64,000 nt of DNA from Lama glama (Eukaryota): contig CM052826.1 in NCBI GenBank assembly GCA_028534125.1, forward strand, positions 13,454,001-13,518,000, in the 5' to 3' direction. Shown in pieces: positions 25,658 through 35,803 of this stretch (its first letter is position 1; every line of letters starts with the position of its first letter). The position numbers and the translations under genes are program-made. Under the pieces are notes generated by a model, which was given only the letters and a program-made list of their open reading frames with translations, was not told the DNA's origin and did no database searches.

Positions 25658-25936
25658 CCAGCTTATCAAGGACAACAGTGACCACAGCAGATAGGGAGCT
25701 GTTAGCCTGCGCCTGGGCCACGCCTGCAGAGAAACCATCCATTTGGGCACTGACGTTGGCTCGGCTGCTGGCACAGACTCCAGGCATCCGGAAGGTTCCC
25801 TGAGCATCGCTAGTGGCCACGACGCCAGGCCAGTCTCTCAGGGAGACCCTGGCTCCTGGCAGCGGACGCCCAGATGGGGTGACCACCGACCCCAGAAGGA
25901 TGTGGTCGGGGCACCCACAGGTGTTGGGACCACACC
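25658..25936 (-). CDS. CILP2: CILP2 exon 5
   Basis: 279 bp, GT-AG; CGPNTCGCPDHILLGSVVTPSGRPLPGARV...VVLDKL. Confidence 0.94.
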
Positions 25937-26994
25937 CTGGGGGGACACAGGGAGGCAGAGGAGACTCTTGACCCCCTCCTAGGGAGGGCTTTCCTCTCGA
26001 TCAGTCACTCCTCAAAGAAACCCAGATATCCTCCCCACTTTGTGCCCCTCAGAGTCCTCAACATGGACCTGCTTGTAGCAGCCCTTATTGTGAGGGGGTC
26101 ATGGGACTCAGTGGTCAGTGCTGGGCCAAGGGGAGAGAACTAGGGTCCCAGTGTGAAGAAGATGCCCTGGAGGAGAGGCATCTCACAGGGCAGAGAGTCT
26201 CCTTCCGTCAGAGAGAAAATGTTCAGGCAGGGGCTGGGGGCCCAGCAGGGGGCTGGGTCTCGGGCCCAGAACATCTCCCTCCTGTCCCAATCCTGCGGTT
26301 TTTCCATAAAATGGAAAATTCCACTGGAAACTTCAGAGCAGAGGCACAGAGAAGGCAGAGCCAAGCAGGGTAGGGTGGGGACCCCACCACCCCATTGGCC
26401 ACCGTGCTCCCCCACCCTGCCGCGGGCTCTGCTGGGGCAGTGTCCAGACCGTGTTTGTGGAGCCCAGGCCTGATTGGAATTTCCAGTCGCCTCCTGGCTG
26501 GCCTGGTGTCTGGCCCTGGGAGGGCCTGGGCATCGTGTCTGCCAGGGTGTGAGCGCGTGTCCGCGTGGGCGTGGGGAACGGGCGGGGCCTGCGAATGCCA
26601 CGCGTGTGTGCACCCCGAGTGTGTGAGCCAGCTTCTGTGTTTGTCCACGTCCACCGAGACATCTATACACTCCGCCATGCACACAGAGGAAGCGACCTCT
26701 CAGATCTGCCCATGCCTGGACACGACCCCCATGGGGTCCACCCGTCCAGATACACACATTTACCAATGGTCCTTCAGGGCCCAGGAGGGAAGCAAAAGCC
26801 AGTCTCCATGAGGTGCAAGTTCCCGCCCACCAGGCGCTGCCCCTCCACCCTGGCTCAGCCTCCTCCTTCCAGGCACCTCCCCATCAGGCTCCACCCCAAC
26901 TAGCTCCTCTAAGTATTCCTCTCAACCAGCCCCGCCCCTACACCTAGGCCCCGCCTATAACCCAATCCTCTCCTCCAGGGCCCGCCCCTCTTAC

Positions 26995-27150
26995 CTGGAC
27001 ACTGAGGCCTCACACATTTCTGCGCCTCCAAGGGACGCCCAGGACACGCATCCCCAGCGGGGCTTGGGCAGCGGCGGCGGCGTAAGCGACGGCCAGGCCC
27101 GCAGCTTCCTGAACAGGGACCCCACGGACCCCACGCGCCCCACGTGGCCT
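26995..27150 (-). CDS. CILP2: CILP2 exon 4, thrombospondin type-1 repeat
   Basis: 156 bp, GT-AG; ATWGAWGPWGPCSGSCGPGRRLRRRRC (WxxWxxW, CSxSCG motif). Confidence 0.95.
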
Positions 27151-27710
27151 CTGCGGAGAGGGCAGGGATGGAGGGGTCAGCTGGCCGCCCACCCCAGGAA
27201 CTGCACCTCCTGGAAATCTGGTGACAACGTGGGATTGGAGGACGCTTCTGTCGCGAGCATCCGAGGGCCGGTACTCCAGACAGAAGTCCTGCCCACTTCC
27301 TACATCAGTGGTCCCCTAGGCGCACCAGTCGAATGTGCAGTTGAGGTACCGCCCCGCCCCCGCCAAGATAAGCCCTGCTGTTCTCCCTGCGGCTCACACA
27401 CTTCTGGGGATGAAAATACGCCCCCACAAACGGATCTGTCATAGATGTGCAAATGAGGGCAGCGAGAGGGAGATATGTTCCTGGGGGCCCCTTCCTGACC
27501 CGGACCTGGGCCTCCGGCCATTCCCAGCCCCTCCTTCCACAGCTCCTCCCCTGTCGGGTCCCGCCCTCTCCTGGGGCCTTGCTCCTAAAGGACGCCACCT
27601 TATCCTAGCCACGCCCACATCCGCACGTCCCTGCCCCCTCCCCAGCACCACCCAGTCAGGCCTTATCCACCTATGGCCCTTCCCCGTCGCTCCCTGAGCC
27701 CCGCCCTCAC

Positions 27711-27983
27711 CGAGCGGGCAGCGGAAGCGCACGTGGTAGTTGGAGCAGCTGCGGCCCCGAGGCTGCTCGCGGTTGAGGCACCAGAAACCGCGCGTGGGGT
27801 TCAAGTGCACGCGCTCGCCGACGGCTGATGGCAGGGCCCAGTCCGTGGTGCGCGCCTCCAGCGCCAGCGGCCGCGGGCACACGCGCGCCGGCCCGTAATA
27901 GAAGCGGATCGCAGCCAGGCTCTCGAAGTCTCCGTCGCCCCCCGGGTGGTCAACGTTGAACCAGGATGTCCACTCGCTGGCCT
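27711..27983 (-). CDS. CILP2: CILP2 exon 3, WxxW/mucin-like domain
   Basis: 273 bp, GT-AG; ASEWTSWFNVDHPGGDGDFESL...CSNYHVRFRCPL. Confidence 0.96.
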
Positions 27984-28816
27984 CTGCGGGCACCGCATGG
28001 CTGGGACCCGGGCCGCAGTCGGTCGGGCCCCATCAATGCATGCAGGAGCCCTGGCTGCGGCCTGCCCACATGCATCTATATGGTAAGGGCCTAACCTGCT
28101 GTTTAAGCCGGGCCTCCCTCCCCACAAAACTGCAGGGGCTTGCCCAGCCCGCCCAGATCCAGGGCCCTCGAGAGCAGAAGGAGATGTAAAGGGATCAAGG
28201 GAGATTGGACTCCTGAACTGGCCCATGAGTACACGCTGAGGTCTTGCCACTGTCTTACCAACCCCTACTCTCAGAGTTCAGAACTCCTGAGGTGAGGGGG
28301 GATATAAAGGCAGCAGGAGAAGCTGGGCCCGAGACCAGCCCTTCCGCTGCCTGGCAGCCCTCTCTTCAGGGCGAGATGGGATCTTGCTCGCTGCCCACTG
28401 AACACATCAGGCTACCTCTGTTTCATAGAAGCCATAGGGTAGGAAGATTAGCTTCTGCTTCCATCAACCCCCCAGGGGGTGCTCACTCCTCTTCTAATTC
28501 AAGAGCAAGTCAAATAGAACCTTCCTAGCTGGGAAGCTAGAGACTCAGGTTCCAGAACTCCTGCTTCCTTGCCTGAACTAGGTGGGTTGTCCCACCTCCC
28601 ACCCCACCCCATCCTACCCTGGTTTCCTCCTGGACAAACAATCTAATTCTCACCTCTCGCTCCTAAAACTTAGACCTCTTGGGGCACCACTTCCAGGGGC
28701 TGGCATGCCCAGGGACTGTGGCCATCCTGGGCTCTTCAACCTAGCTTGTGTCCCCACCAGCCAGAGCTCACCCAGAGTCCACAGCAGAACCAGGACTCAG
28801 ATCCTAGTTGACTCAC

Positions 28817-28912
28817 CTTCCCAGTCCTCCAGGGCTGGTGAGGGCTGGCCAGGGCGCAATGATGAACCTTCAAGGCCCCACGCAGTCACTGTGGGCTCCT
28901 CTGTGGTGGTGC
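28817..28912 (-). CDS. CILP2: CILP2 exon 2
   Basis: 96 bp, ttccccag| and |gtgagt; TTTEEPTVTAWGLEGSSLRPGQPSPALEDWE. Confidence 0.9.
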
Positions 28913-29946
28913 CTGGGGAAGGGGTGAGGAGTTGGGGGAAGAAAGAGCCCTGATGGGAAATTCTGTGAGCTCCTGTTATACAAGGTGCTTCCATGATCAT
29001 CCCCATTTCACAGGAGGGAGGCCAGAATCCAGCTCTGGTTGCCCCAAAGAACTACAACCCCCCTCTCCTCCAGGAAGCCTCCCTATGACCCCCACCCTCC
29101 CACCCCCAGTCTTCCAGATCCCCAGCCCTCCCTCTGACACAGTCCCGACTCCATGGGTTGGGGAAGTCTGTGTCCATTCTGCTCCCATAGACCCAGTTTC
29201 CTCTGAGTGTGTTCAATCGCTGAGTTCAGCTGGCTGTAATCTGAATTCCTCATGTTGATCAGAATTTCTCTTCATCTGTTTGCTGGCTGGAAGTCTCTCC
29301 CTCTGTCTACCTTGTATCCCAGCACTTGAGGCCCAAGCTGCCAGTGGGAAGTCCTTGGAATCTAGCCTAGCTTCTTTGGCCTTGAGTTACCTGAGATAGC
29401 TGGGCTGGGCAATGACCTCAGACAAGTCCCTTTCCTCTTGGAGTCTCAGTCTCCTCATCTGAGAAATGGGCCCAGTTCCCACTCCACTGAGTGATTCAGA
29501 GATGGGAATTTCTCTTCTGAGTGGGGTGTATGTGTGTGTATAAGAAAGGGAGGAGTTAGGTGAGAGGGGACAGCTATGATCCCTTGATCCTAGGACCAGG
29601 ACCAGGACCAGGACCAGGTGATTCAGGATCAAATCTGTGACTGAGATGGACACCTCGAAGTCCCGAGAACCCAGAGGAGCCCCAAGTTCATATTCACACT
29701 CCGGATGCCCCTATCATCCCTTGGACGTGGAAAGAGAGCAGATGAGGTCCGCTCCTGCCCCAGGTGGTCCCAGGGCTCCTTCTCTCCGTTGCCCCCTCAA
29801 TCCACCCCCGGGGCTGGCAAAGGGGATGCAGGCCTGGGGAAGCGAGTGGGTTCCTTGATTCTGTCTCCAGACGCGGCTGCCTGCCAGGCCTTCTGCAAGA
29901 CGATCGGGCGCCTAGGGGGCTGGTCTGGGGTCTGGGGGAGCCTCAC

Positions 29947-30010
29947 CTCGGGCCCCCGCCAGGTGCGCGGCGGCAACACAGAGGCAGAGCAGTGTCGGCA
30001 GTGACGCCAT
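29947..30010 (-). CDS. CILP2: CILP2 exon 1, signal peptide
   Basis: gtcATGG at 30010; MASLPTLLCLCVAAAHLAGAR hydrophobic leader; donor gtgagg; 64 bp. Confidence 0.93.
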
Positions 30011-30652
30011 GACCGGGTCCAAAAGTCAGAGGGAGGGTCCCGGCTCCGCTGCGCACTCGGGTCGGACTCCCGCGGGTCTGGCGGCTGCTGGGGCTGAGGA
30101 TGGGGGAGGGACGCAACCACAGGCCACGCCCCGTCCAGGCCACGCCCCGTCCGAGCAAGGCTCCCTGGCCCGAGGTGACACCTCTCTGAGTCGCCCCCCT
30201 CGGTGCGTCCGGCTGTACCTCCGCCCTCAGGCTGGCCTGCGTCCCCTCGTCGCCGGCTGGAAGTCCCTTCCTTAGCCCACCTACCATTCTCCACGTGGGG
30301 TCCCAAGCAGCCTACGAGAAGTGCCTCTTGGAATGAAGCCTAAAGCTATCCAAACCTTCACGGTTTAGGCCGCCCTTTAAGGCAGCTAGAAATCCTCCAT
30401 CGAGTCTAACTTTTATTCTATTGGCTTTACATCCCCGAGCAAGCTGGAAATCCTACCCTGATTCTGCCTTCCATCCTTCTGGCTCGAGTTTTCTCGTAGG
30501 CCAGCGGGAAGTCCCATTTTACGTCTACCCTCCATCCCTCCCGCCTTCGGCCACCAGGGAGCTAGCTGGTGGGTTCCTCCTCGAGTTTGCCCACCCCCGC
30601 GGCAGACCCTGCTCACAGAGGAGGCTCAGACAAGTTGTTGGTGGTACGTCTG

Positions 30653-30658
30653 TTTATT
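30653..30658 (-). terminator. YJEFN3 poly(A) signal AATAAA
   Basis: tttatt on + strand, 40 nt past the stop. Confidence 0.8.
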
Positions 30659-30697
30659 GGCGCGTGTCCAAGCCGCGTGGGCGCGGGGCGGGGAGAG

Positions 30698-30903
30698 TCA
30701 AAGCGCAGCGACGCAGTCGGTGCCCGTGTAGCCCGGCAGGCGCAGAGCGAACTTTCGGCGCACGTCATCGGGCACGAACCTGCCGGCCACGAAGTGGTGG
30801 CGCCCGGAGAAGCGGCCGGCGCAGCGCTTGGGAGCCGCGAGCGACACGAGCACGTCGGGCCGGAGCCCGTCCTCGGCGTCGCCGCCGGTCTCTGGGTCCC
30901 AGC
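30698..30903 (-). CDS. YJEFN3: YJEFN3 last coding exon
   Basis: ccttcag|; [67 protein letters not shown]; six exons sum to 750 nt (249 aa). Confidence 0.95.
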
Positions 30904-32158
30904 CTGAAGGAGGAAGGATGGGAAGGGGGATCAGGAGCTAGGAGGGGTGCTCGCCCTCAGACAAGAGTTCTGAAGCCCTTCCCCGTCAGACACAGACTCT
31001 GCTCTGACACGTGCGTCTTGGTCAGATCTGCCTCCCATAAAACGGAGCCTCTGCCCTCAGACCAGTTTCTCCTCCTTGTTTCTCCTGTCCTCTGACCAGA
31101 GGCTCTGCCCTCATACTTTTCTGCCTCTGCTCCCATCGCTGCTACCCAATCTTCCTCCTCCATCTGACTCAGCCTCTGCCTTCAGACTACACCATTTCCA
31201 CCTGCTACCCTTTTCCAGCCAGACCCGTGCCTCTGCCTTCTGACTGATGTCTGTTCTCATATATCCCTCCCTATCAATCCTGAGCTCTTCCACTTAAACT
31301 AGCCTTTTTCCACCCAGACTTTCCAGCCAGCCTCCTCCTTCTGACCAGATCCCTACTCTCCACTCAGAGGATAGGCTTGTCTCCATTCTCAGGCAAGCCT
31401 TCCCATCATTGGGCCACAGCCTCTGCTATTTCTCAAATGAACCTCCTCCTTTAGACTAGGGGCCTTGCCTTCTCTCCTGCCTCTGACCTGTCTTGGGCCA
31501 CTAACTAAAAGCTACCTCGCTCTGACTTTAATCCTTCCTTCTCTGATACTAGCCTCCACCCTCAGACTAGGGGCCCCTAATAACCCCTTCTGACCTAACA
31601 GGGCAACCTTCTCTGTCCTAGGCTACCTGTTCAGACATGAGCCTGCAGCTTCCCCTCTTCAGACCAAGGAGCCCACTCCTCCCTTAGGTACCACCCCCAG
31701 CTCTGTGCCATCCTGCTGGTATGACCCTGGGGTCTTGTAAGCCAGAGGATCTCCCTGAGTCTGGTCACCCCCATAGAGGGTCTGACTGGCCAGCAGCTGT
31801 TTGTTCCATCTGCCTGTTGCCTAATGGCTCCAACAGGCATGGGGCGGCGGCCAGGATGGGTGAGGCCTTTGCCGAGTGAGCTCACGTCTGCCCAGGCAAC
31901 CGGGCCAGGATGGGCAGCAGGCACACGGCGCTGGGTGTTGAGGGGAGGGGAACGAGGGTTACCTGGGCGCCAGCCTGGATATTCCCCATCCAAAGGATAG
32001 ATGTGACCCTCAGCCTCACCCAGAGCGCAGGATCCATTCACACTGGGAAAACTAAGGCTCAGAGTGGGCAGACAGGCTGGGACCACCAGAAGCAGGGTAG
32101 AGGGGGCCTCCACCCAAGCCCCCCAGGGCCCTGAAACACCCCCCTCCACCTGGCATGC

Positions 32159-32309
32159 CTGAGGGAATGTCCAGGCTCACAAGGGGGATGGACAGTAGCT
32201 TGAGTGTGGCCAGGGCACGTGTGCAGGGGCCCCCGACCTCGCCTGGCTCCACACCGGGGCCCAGCACGGCATCCACCACCAGCCTGTAGGCGTTGTTGAT
32301 GAGCTGGAC
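32159..32309 (-). CDS. YJEFN3: YJEFN3 exon with ambiguous donor (GC after 32159 or GT after 32150)
   Basis: [50 protein letters not shown]; YjeF_N D-x-P-S-G motif. Confidence 0.9.
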
Positions 32310-32386
32310 CTGGGATGGGAGGCAGGGTCAGGAGGCAGCCTGGGGTACTATCCCCTACCTCCCCCCTAGTTGCCACCCGAGCTGAC

Positions 32387-32500
32387 CTCCATGGGCAGAT
32401 AGGACAGGAAGGGGATGTCCATCTTCTCACACTGAGTAGTCAGGTCCCGGTGCAGTGGGTCCAGGGAGCGTGTAGGGTAGAAGATTGTTGGTTCGTACTC
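32387..32500 (-). CDS. YJEFN3: YJEFN3 exon
   Basis: 114 bp, GT-AG; [38 protein letters not shown]. Confidence 0.95.
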
Positions 32501-32676
32501 CTGGCGGAAGCGGGAAGGGGTCAGCACTGGGGGCCCTCCCAGGGTCCCCACTGAGCCTCTGACCCCAGATCTGGGTACCAGGCAGCAGACCCTGGCTAGG
32601 GAAAGCACTGGGCATATTCTGTAACCTGTCCAGCCTCAACCTCCCCCTGGGACACTATCAAGACATTAAGATGAGA

Positions 32677-32821
32677 GGGGAGGATATAGCTCAAGTGGTA
32701 GAGCACATGCTTAGCATGCACGAAGTCCTGGGATCAATCTTCAGCTCCTCCTCCAAATATAAACAAACAAACAAACCTAATTACTTCCCCTCATAAAACA
32801 AACAAACAAACAACAACAACA
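32677..32821 (+). mobile_element. tRNA-derived SINE (Vic-1-like) in a YJEFN3 intron
   Basis: ggggaggatatagctcaagtggtagagcacatgcttagcatgcacg; (AAAC)n tail. Confidence 0.88.
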
Positions 32822-32882
32822 AGGATGCAGGGATGGGGTAGGGATGTGACCCTGGGAGGCCAAGAGAACCCTTGCTACTCAC

Positions 32883-32993
32883 AAACACCCGCAGGTGCCG
32901 GGCACAAACCAGCCCCACTGCCCCATTCTGCTCTGGGCCGCACACCACCAGCACTGTCCTCTGCTTCCGGGAGACAGCAGGCAAAGGGAACAC
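32883..32993 (-). CDS. YJEFN3: YJEFN3 exon
   Basis: 111 bp, GT-AG; [37 protein letters not shown]. Confidence 0.95.
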
Positions 32994-34855
32994 CTGGCAG
33001 GGGCACAGCAAAGGCAAAAGCATGGCGCTTGGAACCTCTCCTCACTCCAGTGGTGAAAATGAGGCCAGGAGTAGAGAGAGGAATAGGGCTTGGGCCTGGA
33101 GGCGAGGGGGCAGGACAGGAGGAGAGGCACTATGGGTAAGGAGCAGGGCCGAGAGGGGCCTCAGTTTCCTTGCTGGAGACACAGAGTCCTTGCCTCAGGC
33201 TCTGCCAAGCAGGAGCAGAAAAACGTGCCTCCTGCCGCTGCTTGCCCCTGGAGTGTGGTTTGTTTATTCTCGGCCCGAGTTACAGACATTCCTCCACCTT
33301 TTTCCACTGCAGTGGCTGCCCCTCCCCCGCCCATGCTTCCAGGCCTCGGTCCCTCCTGGAGGCCCCAGAGTTGGGGGGACAGGGGAGGGGGGTGTTTTTC
33401 CAACCCGCCGTGCCCTGTCTCCGTCTGTCCCTCTCCATTGGCCTCTGTCTTCACCTCCCTGCCTTTCTCTGTGTCTCTGTCTTCACTTCTGTGTCTCTCT
33501 CTCGGTCTCTGTATCTCTCAGATTCTGTGTCTCTGTCTGTCTCTTTAACGCAGAAGCTAAGGGTCTCAGCCCTACCCTGACTCTCTGCGTGGTCCCCTTC
33601 CCCCAGCCTCAGTTCATTTCTATCAGATGGGAGGAAAAATGGCTCCAACAGGCTCATGGGGCCTCTCCCAGGCCCAGGGTGGCTCCAGGGGGTCCAACTA
33701 CACTCTAACCTTTAACCACACAGAGGGAAAGTTATTTCCTTTTTGAGTCTCCACCCCAAGGTTTCGGCAAGGTGCTGACCCACCCTGATCGTACCTATGA
33801 CCCCACCACACCATGCTCAGAGCCCCAGACCCGAGACCAAGTCAGGGAGAGTGACACTGTCCGGCTGGCTAGGACTGAAGAGCCTCTGGACAGACAAAGC
33901 TTTCAGTGCAAAAACCAGACAGCTGGTCACCAGCAGCCAGGCAAGCGTTTACTACACTGAGTTTGCTTTTGTGGCTTGGATTTTCATCATTTTCCTCTCC
34001 TTTGAGCATCGCGCTCAGGATATGTTTCACTTGGAAATAGGAACATTTAAGTTAAAAAAAACTGAATCCACATAAAGAAAGATATTGAGGGTTTTTTTTT
34101 CAAGCACACAGTGGTAGTAAGAAAAGGAAGGAGGGGGACCAGTGGCACAATGGACAGTGCATCTGACTGTGGATCAGAAAAGGAAGGAGGAGAGGAGGAA
34201 AGGGATTACACGCTGGAGCCCTGACTTGATCAGGCACTTTTCTAAGGCATTTGTGTTTACTAATTGGTGTCAGCTTATCCTTTCTTCAGAAGAGGAAACT
34301 GAGGCCCTGTGTGGTTTGGCAACACTGGATACTAGTATCTTCAATGCTATTACTCTCCCGTCTCTTGCAGGCACCTCCAGGCCTGGAGGTTTGCTCCAGA
34401 GCTGGACATAGCTCTGCTTCCTACACTCTGGGTCAGTGTGCAGACCCCTCCTCACCTCTGGGTCTCAGTTCCCCTACCTGTGGCAGGGAGTTGTTTGGGG
34501 GTGCTCAGACTTCAGGGGCTAACGTCCCCTGTGCCCAAGACCCAGGAGGCGGCAGGGGCGGGCAGTCATGTCTCAAGGGTACCAGACTGATCTCTGTGGT
34601 GGCCTCCACATCTCCAGAGACCCCAACTCTGTCCTGACCCTCACTGACGTCACTGACCCTCACTGGCCTGGCCCAGTGGTGATCCTCTCTGGACCTCAGT
34701 TTCCCCATCTGAGTGATGAGTTGGGGTGGCCCCAAAGAGGGGCTTCTTGAGGGTAAAAATGACCATCCTAGCCATGGGGGTCATGCAGCTAGACCTCTGC
34801 TCTGGTGGGCTAACCATCTGGTCGGGGTCAAGGTTGAGGGTCAGGGGTCAGGTAC

Positions 34856-34964
34856 CTTGGTCACAGCCACCGCACTAGCATGGCCGCACCACTCCACCAA
34901 CTGCTGCCGCCCAAAGCGATAATCCTCCAGCAGCTCCCGCTCCAGGGCGGCTGCCTCCGCTGTG
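34856..34964 (-). CDS. YJEFN3: YJEFN3 second coding exon
   Basis: 109 bp, GT-AG; [36 protein letters not shown]. Confidence 0.95.
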
Positions 34965-35660
34965 CTGAGGGTCAGAGTGGTGAGAGATGCTCAGTAACAC
35001 AGAGAGATCGAGAGAAGGACGTAGAGACAAAGACTCAGATGGAGCCAGAAATGTGCCACCAACGTTCCAATCCAGGCCTTGAAGCCCCTCACCCCCGAGC
35101 CCCGAGCCGAAGACCCGCTGTCAGTTTCCTCGTCCAGCTTGAGCTCCGTTGAATGGAAACCCGCGCAGACCTCGGAAGTTTTTGAGCACGAGCCTGAGGC
35201 GCGGGAGCCCCCTGGTGGTAGAGGAAGCGCAAGACGGCGCAGGTTGGTCCTGCTGCCCTGAAGCATTGGGAAATCAAGCCTGATCCAGAGGCCCCCAGCC
35301 CGCAAGGCGGGAGGAACCCAGAAAGGGAAATGGAGCATGAAGGACTTAATTGATGGGGGCGATGCGTGGATTTCAGGCAGTGGAAACCACTGAGCAAGCT
35401 CCAGGACACTGGAGGGGGCATACTGGACTAGAGGAACCCAGGGGAGGTGGGTTTTAAAGGCTGCAGAGGAGTTTGATGGCTCACTGAGGGAGGTGGATGA
35501 GGGACCTGCCGCTAGGGGACCCATTTGGGGACCTCTCTTCAGGGGCAATGATAAAATTTAAATAATTGTGGCCAGAGAGATGGAGCCAAGTGGTTGAGTG
35601 ACTGAGGTCCGCCTCATCTCTCTGAGTCTTGCTTCCTCTTTTGCAAAAGTGAAGGCAGAA

Positions 35661-35803
35661 CAGGCTAGATAATTTTTGAGGCCCACTGCAAAATGCAAAT
35701 GTGAGGCCCCTTGATCAAAAGTTATTAAGAATTTTAAGATGGTGATGGGAGAGCATTAAACCAAATATTGGCCCCTTCTAAGGGCAGGCCCAAGCTGGCC
35801 CTG
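35661..35803. mobile_element. MER45A-like hAT DNA transposon remnant
   Basis: ggcccactgcaaaatg...ttattaagaatttt...gagcattaaaccaa...gctggccctg resembles MER45A (recall). Confidence 0.55.

Larger units (their letters stand above)
29850..30900. promoter_or_regulatory. CpG island covering the CILP2 promoter and the YJEFN3 last exon
   Basis: Visibly CpG-dense; duplicated GCCACGCCCC (SP/KLF) boxes at 30120-30152. Confidence 0.75.

Noticed and set aside
29592-29618. (AGGACC)4 and other short tandem arrays as CRISPR-like repeats
   Set aside because: Simple repeats without spacers in a mammalian genome
32872-33708. 278-aa + strand ORF
   Set aside because: Antisense to a YJEFN3 exon plus a low-complexity (CT/GT)-rich intron; composition is not protein-like
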